DNA from: Octopus bimaculoides
Lineage: Eukaryota
Direction: 5' to 3'
Length of the DNA: 51,140 bases
Assembly: GCF_001194135.2 (NCBI RefSeq)
Contig: NC_068982.1
Coordinates: 191,425,045-191,476,184, forward strand
Positions 12,386-24,952 of this stretch are shown here, one piece after another (the stretch's first letter is position 1; each line of letters starts with the position of its first letter). The position numbers and the translations under genes were made by a program. The notes under the pieces are model-generated. The model ran no database searches. It was not told the DNA's origin and saw only the letters and a program-made list of their open reading frames with translations.

Positions 12386-13831
12386 CAGAGAGTGTGAGAG
12401 AGAAAGAACAAGATCAGATTTGTTTGTAAACTAATAAAATGGATCCGAGTTATTTTCGAAAGTTAGGAAGAAATAGTTTGAGGGTCAGCGAGTCTTATTT
12501 ATGAAAGTTGTGTAAAGTTTTTAGAAAAGGAATAAAAAAGATGGAGAAATTTTGAGTAAAATGTTCAGAACAGTTTCAAATAGCATTTTGCATTCACACA
12601 CACATAGACATACATACAGATATATACACACACACAGAGGTTTTGAGGTATGAACTTGAAGAAGCTTACTTTTTAATTAATATGCAAATAATGTTAATTG
12701 CAAAGAGGTTTTAATTGTTTAAGGTTAGGTTTTCAAGTGTCGTTGCTGTTAGCAACACAAAAAAAGATAGAAAGAGAATGAGTAGTGAATGTTGTCTGAC
12801 ACAGGAGAAGAAAGAGAGGAATCCCTCTGAGGAAACGTCTTAGAATTGTTGCTATAAGGCAAGAAATGGAATTTCTTCATTTGGTCACAATCATCATCAT
12901 CATCATCACAACATGAGACATTGGAGATAATCTGATCTAACTCAAACAACTATTCCACCATCACCACCACTGTTTAATGCAAAATATTATCATCATTAAT
13001 CATCACTATTATCGGCATCATTGTTTAAGGCAATGGACTCATAGAATTGGCAAAGAAACAGACAAACTATTCCAGCTAGAGTTCAATTTTGCCCTGCATT
13101 CCTCCATGGTCAATAGAATAACATGTCAGTCAAACACTGGAATCAATGGTAATGGGTCCTTCGTGATTTCTGGTTTTGTACCCAAATTAGCTACAATTAT
13201 TATTATTATTATTATTGTTATTGTTGTTATTAAAACGATGAGCAAAAGTTAAGTTTTAAGTTTCTGATAAACTGGAACAGCAATGAGGTTTCAATTCCTG
13301 ATCGATTCCCAGTTTACACCACATGCAAAGAATTCCGTGCCCAGTTAGAAAGAGAATATTTCCCTCCCCCTCCACCTCTTCCTCCTTTACAACAACAACA
13401 ACAACAAAGAGTGCCAGACTAAATAATATTTTATAATACTTAAAAAAACGTGACCCTTTTACTTAAAACTAAAGTTATTCCAAAGTGGAACGAATCCTGT
13501 TCAGACAGCATAGGAACTGCTAAGTGGTAGCCAGATCTGCTAAAAATAGTCACTAAAATCTCCTTCAAATCACACCCTACTCTCATCAAATAAAAGGAAG
13601 TATATTCAATCTTTGATACAGTTTGCCTGAATAAAAGACAGGATGGTCACATCTGGAATATCTTTCATTAGAGATCAGCTGAAACTAGTACTAAACAACA
13701 AGTATGAGGTAATAATATACAGGGGTTGGCGGGGTTGGCTATCCTTGTTCCTCTCTGCTAACCATCATCATCATCACCAACATGAACAATATGGTGTCCC
13801 ATTACAGTAAGCTTTGTTCACACTAACAAAC

Positions 13832-13900
13832 CTTTCTAAGTAATGTCACCAGATGACGACTGGAGACTGGATTAAAATTGTTCTCTTCTCCACCAAATGT
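13832..13900 (-). CDS. Candidate 69-nt internal exon (TFGGEENNFNPVSSRHLVTLLRK if phase 0)
   Basis: Acceptor gtcaacag| and donor AAG|gtttgt. One frame is fully open. Could be chance. Confidence 0.25.
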
Positions 13901-14084
13901 CTGTTGACATTAACAAAAAGGTTTCCTCGGAAAAGTCTTCTTTGTATTAAGTCTAGAAAGAGGTTAAGCCTGACACCATTTCTTTGAGGTTGTCCTAACA
14001 TTTCAACAGATTTCTGTTCAAGCAATTTGAGAAATGGTGTCAATTTTTAAATATGGACTTAAAAATATTGATATAAGGGGCTGA

Positions 14085-14163
<79 letters not shown>

Positions 14164-14331
14164 AAGACAGACATTTGTGAAGTTGTGTAGAGAGACCATC
14201 ATCATCAGCATCATCATTCAATGTCTGTTGTCCAGGCTGACGTCTGTTATATAGACTTCTTCTTTTGTTATTGAATTGCAGCCATGCTGGAGCAGTGCCT
14301 TCAAGGTTTCTAACTTTCTAAAATAACTGAC

Positions 14332-14474
14332 CAGTGGTTCCCAACCTTTTCACTACCAAGGACCCCACTTTTATTTACATGAGTTTTCTCACGGACCCCA
14401 GGAAAGGTCTGTCAGCTTAACATGTTCACAGACAAACGGTACTACCTTTGCAGACCACAGGCTGAGGACCACTG
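14332..14474. mobile_element. hAT/Charlie-type MITE
   Basis: TIRs CAGTGGTTCCCAACCT / AGGCTGAGGACCACTG, with internal GGACCCC repeats. TSD not clear. Confidence 0.6.
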
Positions 14475-15134
14475 AGGTGACCGGATCCTTTTTGCCAAAC
14501 TGCTGGTCATGGAGATGTAAACAAACCAACATTGGTTGCCAAGAAGTGAAAGACAAACACAAATACACAAACACACACACACGTGCGCACACACACATGC
14601 TTGCATGCACACACACACACACACACACATGCTGAGCTTCAATACAGTTTCTATCTACCAAATTCTCTCACATGGCATTGGTCAGTTTGGCATGAAAATA
14701 GAAAACACTTGTCCAGAGCAGAGTGCAACAGGACAGACCCCAAAAGCATTTTGTTCTGAAACAAAGTCCTCAACTACAGGAAACGTTATTCCATTCTAAA
14801 TCAGAAATATTCCTTGATGGGTGAGAGCTGGTGTGGTGGTGTTCATGCCTTTCCTATTACAAGATCATCATCAGTGTGAATGAAATGATTCAAACATTGT
14901 CTACTGAAAATGGTCGAATGAATGTAGCAGCTTCCAGGTGGTCGGTTGACCTGCAGAAATGAGTAGTCAAACATCCCTCAACTTATATTGTCTTGTTAAA
15001 GAAGGGCACGTTGAAAAGTATAGTCATAGGTACTCAATGGTTAGGGTAAGACAAACAGGATGGTCACGGGTGGAAAGCCTTTGATTAGAGGGTTGCTCAA
15101 TCCAGCTTGAAAAATTAAAGAGCCAATGTTTAGA

Positions 15135-15287
15135 TTTTAATTTTATGGCCGAACAAGCCTCTTGCTGCTCTGAGTTTCACCTGTGGGTCTCCACGAGCTT
15201 CAGGCAGATGATGACTTACCTGAAGATCCTGTGCACCCACAGGTGGAACTCCTGAACAACAAGAGACTGACTCAACCAAAATAAAAA
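15135..15287 (-). other. Long RNA hairpin / inverted repeat with G·U-biased stem
   Basis: 15146-15170 pairs with 15254-15278 (17 WC, 7 G·U, 1 mismatch on minus-strand RNA). 15172-15203 pairs with 15220-15251 (26/32 WC). 16-nt loop. Confidence 0.85.
15220..15251 (-). CDS. Candidate 32-nt microexon GAGTTCCACCTGTGGGTGCACAGGATCTTCAG (EFHLWVHRIF+AG if phase 0)
   Basis: Pyrimidine-rich acceptor tctcttgttgttcag| and perfect donor CAG|GTAAGT. Lies inside a long hairpin (see findings). Confidence 0.45.
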
Positions 15288-15361
15288 TAGTGTCAATCTT
15301 TCCTATGGTATTGAGTACTCTTTCTTCCAACAACCAACACTAAACATGTGTATGTGTATGC

Positions 15362-15414
<53 letters not shown>

Positions 15415-17837
15415 GGGGGGAAGGTCAATGTTTCTAAGAATGTGAAAAACATTTTATTCTCCTGAAACAAGGGGTCAATTTTAATAGGATGGGAAACCTC
15501 ATTCCATCCCGAGAAGGAATGGTTGTCACCCACTGACTCTCTCTCTTCCTCTATACACACACTCTTTTCTCTCTCTCCATCTTTCCCACACGATGTCCTA
15601 CTTCTCATTTAAATTCTAAGTACTGGGAAGGGTTTAGAAATGGTTCACAACTGATGTAGATAGAGCGAGGGTAGGGCAGACAGCATGCCTTCACCATCTG
15701 TCATTAACTTCAGGATTAATAAAGTTGGCTGCGTAATTAACATGTCACTGGGTGTAATTAATAAACTTTACAAGAAATAAATGGAATCTCTTGGTATAAG
15801 AAGGGCGTTGTCTATTGAATCTAACCCTATTGTTGTTGGGTATCCTTGATCAAGTAGACCTATGGTTAAAGACGCCTTTCTAACTATGACCACCAGCTTT
15901 TAGAGATATTCTGGACTATCAAAAGTAGTGGTTGTCAGTCTTTTTAATGCCCGGGCTAGATACAAAACCTGGATTTTTTTAGGGGGCTCAAAGCAAAAAA
16001 TAAAAGTAAAACAGAACTCAATCGAAAAATTTATATTTCTAGAGGGAAGACCGTTCGAAGGATGCTTGAGGGTCGCATGCTGCCCTGACAGCCGCTGATC
16101 CAAAGCGCTTTTCCTTTCTTTTCAAGACTGCATGGTGCGATTTGTGAGATTTGGCTACTATTTCTAACAGTTAAAGGGACCGTGTAGACTCGCCATTAGG
16201 AACCAAAATCTTGCGTCTATTAACGAATGTTAATTACGATGAAGCATCTTAGTTCAGTGCTTGACAAATATTATAAACGATGAGCCTCTACGTGTACCGG
16301 ACGATATGCTAGAAATACAGCTGAATATCATTTAAAGAACACCTTACAGTCTTAAAAAAAAAGAGGAAACATTGGATAATATAGTCCTAGATACATTGCG
16401 GAACCTCTTTTATGGTAAGGGTTATTTTCAGAACTGATGGCCAGTTAAAATATACGAAAGAAAGAAAAAAATCAGGAAGTTTTTATTTTTAATAAATTGC
16501 AAAAAGCCAAGCGACACGTTGGTAGAATCGTTAGTGCGTCGGACAAAATGTTTAGTGTCATTTTTTGCGAAAGTTTACATCCCGAGATAAAATTCTGCCG
16601 AAGTCGACTTTCATCCTTTCAGGATCGATAAGATAATTCGATGCAAAAGACTGACCACTTTCCACCAAAAACTGTATTATTATTATTATTATTATTAAAA
16701 GGGCACAACCGTTAGAAAGTCAGAAAAAACAGTTGCGGTATTTGTTCTAGTTTAAATCCCGCCGGAGTCACTTGGTCTTTCATTCCTCCAGGGTCAATNN
16801 NNNNNNNNNNNNNNNNNNNNNNNNNNNNNNNNNNNNNNNNNNNNNNNNNNNNNNNNNNNNNNNNNNNNNNNNNNNNNNNNNNNNNNNNNNNNNNNNNNNN
16901 NNNNNNNNNNNNNNNNNNNNNNNNNNNNNNNNNNNNNNNNNNNNNNNNNNNNNNNNNNNNNNNNNNNNNNNNNNNNNNNNNNNNNNNNNNNNNNNNNNNN
17001 NNNNNNNNNNNNNNNNNNNNNNNNNNNNNNNNNNNNNNNNNNNNNNNNNNNNNNNNNNNNNNNNNNNNNNNNNNNNNNNNNNNNNNNNNNNNNNNNNNNN
17101 NNNNNNNNNNNNNNNNNNNNNNNNNNNNNNNNNNNNNNNNNNNNNNNNNNNNNNNNNNNNNNNNNNNNNNNNNNNNNNNNNNNNNNNNNNNNNNNNNNNN
17201 NNNNNNNNNNNNNNNNNNNNNNNNNNNNNNNNNNNNNNNNNNNNNNNNNNNNNNNNNNNNNNNNNNNNNNNNNNNNNNNNNNNNNNNNNNNNNNNNNNNN
17301 NNNNNNNNNNNNNNNNNNNNNNNNNNNNNNNNNNNNNNNNNNNNNNNNNNNNNNNNNNNNNNNNNNNNNNNNNNNNNNNNNNNNNNNNNNNNNNNNNNNN
17401 NNNNNNNNNNNNNNNNNNNNNNNNNNNNNNNNNNNNNNNNNNNNNNNNNNNNNNNNNNNNNNNNNNNNNNNNNNNNNNNNNNNNNNNNNNNNNNNNNNNN
17501 NNNNNNNNNNNNNNNNNNNNNNNNNNNNGAAATGGTGACGATAGCTATTCGTTAAAGTACGGAAGAGCAAAAGAATTAAAATATTTATTCACACGCAACA
17601 TTAGCAGCAAGAAGGCAATTTCTCCCGATTATTTTTAACTCAATTAACTTTTTTTAGTAGTTAAGAGGGGGATAGCAACCAGAATGTTTCGCGTTCGTGC
17701 CTTCCCCCCTCCTCTCCCCCCCCAAAAAAAAAATTACAGTTGTACGTAAACTGAAATAGTTACCACTGGAAATAAAAACTCGTCATTTCAGTTAACCCGT
17801 AACATTGTATCCAGGTTTAAGCATTTTTGAGAGATAG

Positions 17838-18150
17838 GTGCCGGCGTGGGTGTGTGATAAGAAATTTGCTTCCTAACCGCATGATTCTAGGTTCAGTCCC
17901 ACTGCGTGGAACCTTGGGCAAGTGTCTTCTACCATAGAAGTGGATCTGGTAGAAGGAAACTGAAAGAAACTCGTCGTATATGTATGTCTTTGTGTCTGTC
18001 CTTGCCCTCCATTACTTAACGGTTTGACAAAAAGAGACCGATAAATAAGTTTAATAAGTTCCAGGCTGCAAAAGATAAGTACTAGTGGTGATTTGTTCGA
18101 CTAATCACTTCACAGTGGTGCTCCAGCATGGCCGCACTCCATTGACGAAA
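17838..18150 (+). mobile_element. SINE family A copy
   Basis: Head, short internal microsatellite and tail GGTGCTCCAGCATGGCCGCA match 49533-49930. Confidence 0.8.
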
Positions 18151-18174
18151 ACTAGGAATATATAGATATAAGAC

Positions 18175-18497
18175 TGGCCCTCCGTCGCTTACGTCGACGA
18201 GTGTTCCAGTTGATCCGATCGACAGAACAGCCTGATCGTGAAATTAACGTGCAAGTGGCTGAGTACTCCACACACAGGCGTACCCTTAACGTAGTTCTCA
18301 GGGAGATTCAGCGTGACAGAGAATGTGAGAAGGTTGGCCCCCTTTGAATTACAGGTACAACTCATTTTTACCAGCTGAGTGGACTGGAGCAATGTGAAAT
18401 AAAGTGTCTTGCTCAAGGATACAACGCGTCGCCGGGAATTGAACTCACGACCATACGGTCGTGAGCCGAATACCCTAACCACGAAGCCACGCGCCTT
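18175..18497 (-). mobile_element. tRNA-derived SINE family D
   Basis: Minus-strand head GGCGCGTGGCTTCGTGGTTAGG..GAGTTCAATTCCC..CCTTGAGCAAGACAC. Its 3' ~185 nt is shared with 39445-39630. Confidence 0.8.
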
Positions 18498-18512
18498 CAC
18501 ACACACACACAT

Positions 18513-18550
<38 letters not shown>

Positions 18551-18567
18551 TCACACACATATATATA

Positions 18568-19838
18568 TAGGGTCATCCCATAAATAATGCAGTTTTTCAG
18601 TTGCATGAACTAAAAGTTGGAGGGGTACTGGTTAAACTACCTGCATCAACTTGCTATAAAAGCAGGTAGTAATTTTACCTGGTGCTTATTCTTAGTGCAA
18701 GTTTTGAAGAGTGCAGTTCGATTTTAACAGTTATTTTTTCAAGGCTATAATGGAAGGGACAAAGGAGCATAATCAGCATGTTTTTCTGTAGGAGTTCAAT
18801 GAAGGCCACAACGCAACAGAAAGTGTGAAGAATATTAATGCAGTATATGAGGATCGGGCAATAAGCAAAAGCCAGTGTCAACAGTGGTTCCAGAAATTCC
18901 AAGCTGGAAACTACAGCCTAGAAGACGAGACTCGTCTTGGAAGATCTGTAGAGCTCGACGAGGACGTCTTGCAAACCCTGGTGGAACAAAATCCCATCGT
19001 AACTGTTGAGGAACTAGCAGAGAACTATTCATCGACACCAGCATGCCATCGGAAAAGTCAGCAAATTGTGTCAATGGGTTCCTCACAAACTTTCCGAGTC
19101 TAATCACATGTAGTGAGTGAATGTGTTCTCTTCTTTGCTGTCGCGTCTCACGAATGAACTTTTTTTGGACTGAATAGTGACTGGTGACGAGAAATGGGTT
19201 CTCTATAAAAATGTCAAGCGCCAAAGACAGCGAGTAAGGGAAAAAAGAAACACTGGCATCTCAGGCTAAAGAAGGTCTTCACCCACATAAGGTGTTGTTA
19301 TCTGTGTTGTGGGATATGAACAGTTTAGTCCACTTTGAACTTTTAAACTCAAACCAAACGATAACAAAGATCTACTTTGAGGAGCATAAACAGCTTAAGT
19401 CAGTGCTTGAAAAAAAAAAAAAACCGACCCTCTTTGGTTTCAAGACGAAAGATGTTCTCCCATCAGGAAAAAGCTCAGCCACATACAGTGAGGATGACAT
19501 TTCAAAGACTGGAGCAGTTTGAATGGGCAACAATGACCCATCCATCATATTCGCCGGACACTGCCCCATCTGATTATCATTTATTCCGCAGTCTTCAAAA
19601 ACATTTAAACCGAAAAGATATGAATTCTGTAGACGAGGTCAGAACAGTAGGGGATGGGGAGTATTTTTTGTCACGGACAAGTAAATTTTGGAAGAGGGGT
19701 CTGGCAAGTCTACCGGACAAATGGAAGAGCATTGCAGAAAATGAAGGAGAGTATAGTTTAAATTAAAAAAGAACTTTATCTTAATTTTGAAAAATAAAAT
19801 AAGTACTAAAAAACCGCATTATTTATGGGATGACCCAA
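18568..19838 (+). mobile_element. Full-length but decayed mariner (DD34D) transposon
   Basis: ~28-bp TIRs (TAGGGTCATCCCATAAATAATGCAGTTTT / AAAACCGCATTATTTATGGGATGACCCAA) with TA on both sides. Transposase remnants: HTH (18825-19030), WVPH (19075-19086), IVTGDEKWVLY, HQEKAQPH, HPSYSPDTAPSDYHLF. Contains stops and frameshifts. Confidence 0.95.
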
Positions 19839-20160
19839 TATAATCTTTTTACTGGTTTCAGTCATTAGACTGCGGCCATGCTGGGGCACCGCCTTGAAGC
19901 ATTTTTAGTCGAACGAATCGACTCCAGTACTTGCTTTTTTTTATAATAACAAAATCTTCTGTCAGTTGTTCGTTACTTCTTCACGCAACCTGAGAAATAC
20001 ATTTTCATTCACTCACTCAACAGCGACCATAAGCAGCATTTGACAAAACGCCAAACACACAGCTGGAGGTCTTAATTTGTTGTTTTCAGCAGCTTCCAGC
20101 CTCACAGTTTCCTATTGGAGTTTTGAATTTGATATCTTGTGAGCGTTTCTTCAGACTCAC

Positions 20161-20214
20161 TGAGTGGAAAAAACCACCTAGTCTACGTTCATTATGAAGT
20201 GATCTCTTTCTTGC
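20161..20214 (-). CDS. Candidate 54-nt exon ARKRSLHNERRLGGFFHS (alternative acceptor at 20270)
   Basis: Acceptor tctattcgtccacag| and donor TCA|GTGAGT. A phase-0 end would fit the phase-0 reading of the 15220-15251 microexon. Confidence 0.25.
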
Positions 20215-20285
20215 CTGTGGACGAATAGAACTAGAGAGAGTCGACTTCTTCCAGAATGAAGAGTAACATTCTAAAGACAACAGCA

Positions 20286-20317
<32 letters not shown>

Positions 20318-21290
20318 ATTAATGATGCTGACGACACCGAAGGAAGACATCCAAACATCGCGGAATCCTCTCTCTCTCACTATCACTACTCGAACTCGGT
20401 TCAAACATGGATGCTTATTCAAAACCAGGTGCAGCTGTGATAACGCCATTAACCGAACCACACACATACATACACTCGCGCGCGCATACAAACACATAAC
20501 ACACGTGCCCACATATATACACATGCATACACATACACGGATACACACGCACGCACACGCATACACATACACGGACACACACGCACGCACACGCATACAC
20601 ACACGCTGTGGTGGTGGCTGGCTGTGCTATATTTGATAATCTCCAGCCAACCATCTGTGACGTCAGTCAATGATGTGAGTTGATAGTTGAAAGGAAAAGT
20701 TTAATTTTTCGCGCCTAAATGCTTCATGAAACTTTCCAGAACACCAAGGTGAGCCTATATAATCCCCGAAGTTTAAATTCTTGGCGGNNNNNNNNNNNNN
20801 NNNNNNNNNNNNNNNNNNNNNNNNNNNNNNNGGGGGGGGGGGGGATCCTATTTATTGCATTTCAACACTCAACACCTTTCCTAAGTCATTATTCCTGTTG
20901 TATCAGTCAACTATGTTCAATTTATAAGAAACATTTCAGGTCTCATCTTTTAGCAATCCCATATTTCTTAGTTTAAAGCAGCATAGTTGTTAGAGCATAA
21001 ACATGTTCAGAAGGAAATTCTTCCAGAAGTTCAAATCCAGCCTTTTATCTTTTTGGGGCCGATAAAATAAAGTACCAGTCAAATACAGGAGTCAAATTAC
21101 CCCTTCCTCTTAAAACTGCTGGCCTGGTACCAAAATTAGAAATAATTTTTTTTTTGGTTCACTCGCACAACATATATTTCACTAATTATACACATGTTTA
21201 TAAATAAAGCTTAGAATAATTAATGAATATTGTTAAAGATAATTTTTTCTCTTATCAATTATTCAAAATGTTAACACTACTTTCGACCTT

Positions 21291-21674
21291 TGTAACGGAT
21301 TCGAATCCGAATTGCTGGATAGCCGACTAGATACCACGACCTAGCCACAGTAGTTTCACATGATCGGCCGATTAATCTACCAATCAGCGACAAACCATCG
21401 CTATATAAAGGTGGTTTTTGGTGGTAATCCCAGAATGTTGAGACAGCCACTCAGTGTCACCATTCCCGTTCACCACCAGCCATTGGCAGATTACCACAAA
21501 TATATTGCAGCTATTTCCCAGTTGTGATGAGCCAACCATAGATTACTATATCAGTTAAATTGTCATAGATCCCAGTAGTATGTCTCTCCTGATGTGTAAT
21601 TGTCACAGTTTTTGATAAAGGACCAACACAGCAAACACTAAGTGCAGTAAATAAATTTTCTATTAATGTTTACA
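21291..21674 (+). mobile_element. Solo-LTR-like element
   Basis: Starts TGTAAC and ends GTTTACA, with CCAAT (~21380), CTATATAAAG (~21401) and AATAAA (~21649) in LTR order. No matching TSD found. Confidence 0.5.
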
Positions 21675-21949
21675 AGTGTTGTTTATTACTTCTACATGCA
21701 GCCCTAGAAATACATTTTCATTCACCAACAAACGCCCACGACAGAACATATAAAATGATAAACAACATGATAAATTAAACTGAAAGTTAACAGATAATCG
21801 TTAATAGTCGGAAATGAAATACAAGAATTCGTCATTTTTTTTCTTTCCGTTTTGAAGTATTTTATTTGTGTTGTAAATAACCTAAAGAGAAGGGAAAATG
21901 AGAAGAAGGGGGGAAAATGACCCCTAAACATCAATGACAATAATTCTTT

Positions 21950-22150
21950 TTAATTTTGAAGGCCAGCAATGGGGGGTGCGGAGTCGTCGGTTATATCGCT
22001 TCCAGTATATTTATCTGATACTCAATTTTATCAGCTCCGAATGGATGAAAGGCAAAGTCGACTTCGGCAAAATTTCACCTCAGAACGTAAAGCCAGAAGA
22101 AATTCCACTAAGCATTTTGTCCGGTCTGTTAACAATTTTACCAGTTCGCT
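21950..22150 (-). mobile_element. SINE family B copy
   Basis: Reverse-complement match to 34739-34955. Confidence 0.8.
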
Positions 22151-23318
22151 GCCTTTAAAAGTCATAATTAAAAGACTTCTTTCTCGCTTTTTNNNNNNNN
22201 NNNNNNNNNNNNNNNNNNNNNNNNNNNNNNNNNNNNNNNNNNNNNNNNNNNNNNNNNNNNNNNNNNNNNNNNNNNNNNNNNNNNNNNNNNNNNNNNNNNN
22301 NNNNNNNNNNNNNNNNNNNNNNNNNNNNNNNNNNNNNNNNNNNNNNNNNNNNNNNNNNNNNNNNNNNNNNNNNNNNNNNNNNNNNNNNNNNNNNNNNNNN
22401 NNNNNNNNNNNNNNNNNNNNNNNNNTACTCGGAATACCTAAATCTATTTTCATATTTTCCTGGATTGTTTTAGTCTTGTTATCAATCCCGCAGTTATATC
22501 TTCTTCACTCCGAAGATCATTACTTTTTAAACTCATATAAAGAGTAACTTTCAGATAATTTATCGAAACCAACTCCCCAAAGTAGAAGATTATAAGATTT
22601 AAAAAAAAACAAACACTTTTTTGTGTGTAAACTAGTTCTGATAAATTCTTATTTAAGCCCCGAGAAAAAAAAAACAATCTTCTTATTCCTAAACACATCT
22701 AGAATTAAATCAAAAATATCAAATATTGTAAATAATAAAATAAACGAACCCATTGGCGATTATTAAGTTAAATTTCTGTTAGTTTCACTTTACCATTCAT
22801 CATTTTCTGTATACAAACATTGAAAGATTATCGACTTGATGTGACTCCTTCCTGTAAGTTTCTTCTTTTTGTGTGTGTGTGTGTGTGTGTAACGCAAACA
22901 GTAAAGCACGAATCGATCAGAAATATTGTATGACACAAAACTTTTGCCTCCCTTCACATACCTTGTGACAATTGTATACATACGTTTACAGATTTGATTT
23001 GTCTTGCGAGTATTTCTATGATGTTCCACGTAAAATGAAAAGCGTTCAGTAAAAAGAAAGCAAGTTTTTTTAAACAAGAAAAGACGTAAATACATTTGAA
23101 GGAAATTGGGTTTGAGGCTAAATGACATCACAGAGTGGCACCATATGGCAAACATTGACATAGATTGTAGAAGATCGATAAAACTGCAACGTCATACAAT
23201 CTCGTTTACTCCTTTGATACTTAGAAATAGATCTGGGCGCATCTACCCCGCCAAGTAAATCTATATTATGAAAGAATATACATTAAAACCATGCCTTTTT
23301 AGAAACAAACAATTAGTA

Positions 23319-23949
23319 CAATGGGGTACCCATATACGAACGGTTCTCTAAACAAACAAATCGAGTAACGAACGGTTTCTTCTGAAGTCAATTAATAACG
23401 AGTTGGAATTTGATCAACGAACCACGAGTAGACTACATACGCGTATAAGCGCTGTGAGAGTATATACGAATAGTACGCTCAATGGAAAATTGTACAGCAA
23501 ATAGTTTTTCTGAAGAAAATTATATTTAGCCAATGAACTTAAATTTGAACAACAAACCACGAATTGACTACGCACGCTTAGAAGTGGCTGGCAGAGCGTG
23601 CACAAGCTGTCCGTTTACATCCATGTACGAATGTTACATAACTTGCACATTTTCATGTTTTATATAGAAAATATTTTTTGCTAAAACCATAACCATGGAT
23701 CAACAAAAGCAAGACAAAAGGAAAAACACAAGCGCACACACGCGTGCGCTTATACATTTATGTATTTATGCATTTGCTTTTGATGACTGGACAAATAAAG
23801 CTTCATTTCATGTCTTTTTTACGGAGTTTAAGTGTGGCTTGGAACAAATGACTCATATTTATATGTATTTCAATTACTCGTGTAACGAACACTTTGGTTA
23901 ACGAACAGGGCTCCGAAATGAATAATGTACGCGTGTGGGTACCTCACTA
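23319..23949. mobile_element. Tigger/pogo-like non-autonomous DNA element
   Basis: TA|CAATGGGGTACCCATATACGAAC versus the reverse complement of the right end TAGTGAGGTACCCACACGCGTAC (differences mostly transitions). Subterminal (G)TAACGAAC repeats at both ends. Confidence 0.55.
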
Positions 23950-24128
23950 TTCCTTAAAAATACATTCGTAGACATCGACGGCTGTGAGCGGTTCATTATC
24001 TAAACATATTGTAGAGTTTTATAGTCTATATTATGTAATCACGATATCTTTGTGCTTCGGTCACCATTCCTTCTTCAGTGAGGGCGGTGAAGAGCATACA
24101 ACGCTAACGAGGTCTAATATGTTGAAAC

Positions 24129-24173
24129 ATGGCTGGAGTTATCTCCCGTGTATTTGTGGGTTGTAGGATGTTG
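24129..24173 (+). CDS. Candidate first coding exon MAGVISRVFVGCRML
   Basis: AAAC-ATG-G context and donor TTG|GTGAGT. No reliable downstream exon found. Confidence 0.2.
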
Positions 24174-24829
24174 GTGAGTATCAATGTGTCGAGCTAAAAG
24201 CGGTCTGAGTCGTGGGTCTCCCTTCAGCTTTGTTTGGAGTCCTTTATGGTCCCTAAACAGACTCGTGAAGCTCTGCTCTTGCGGATCCCTTCATGAGACA
24301 AAGAGAAAGAATCTTCCAACCGACGAGGACAACTCTACAAAGTTACTTAACCCGCAAGAAATAGCAGCTAAATCCGCCCTCGAAATACATCTTACCAACT
24401 CGAAGACCAAAGTACATTCACTGCTGCGGTCTGAAATACACTGTGTCTGGAAAAGTCTAGATGGTCATGACTGGAGTACTTTTGACCCTCGGTCTCCTGG
24501 ATCATAGTTGTCCTGGGGCTAAACAACAACGACGACGATGACGACGACGACACTGTTAATAACGATTGCTATGGCCACAGCGTTTAAGTCTCAAACCCAA
24601 ATTCCTCCTCCTCCAATTCTGGTTCTCCTCTTCCTTTCACCATCAGGTCAGTAAACATCTGGGTATGGCAACCACTAATGTCACTGAGATATTGGGATAA
24701 AGAAAATAGGGTTATTATAGTTAATTTCTGTAGTTAATTACTCACAGATGCCATTCGCATTAAAAAACAACAACAATTAAGTTAGTGTTAACATATTTAA
24801 TGGCGGAAGATTAAAAAAACGAAGTAGAC

Positions 24830-24875
24830 AGACAGGCAGACAGACAGACAGACAGACAGATAGATAGATAGATAA

Positions 24876-24935
<60 letters not shown>

Positions 24936-24952
24936 ACAAGTAGATAGATAGG
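24830..24952. repeat. (GACA)n(GATA)n tetranucleotide microsatellite
   Basis: Directly visible. Confidence 0.95.

Noticed and set aside
11999-12434. Poly-CV, poly-TH, poly-I and poly-Y ORFs here and elsewhere
   Set aside because: They are translations of (CA)n, (TA)n and (ATT)n microsatellites.
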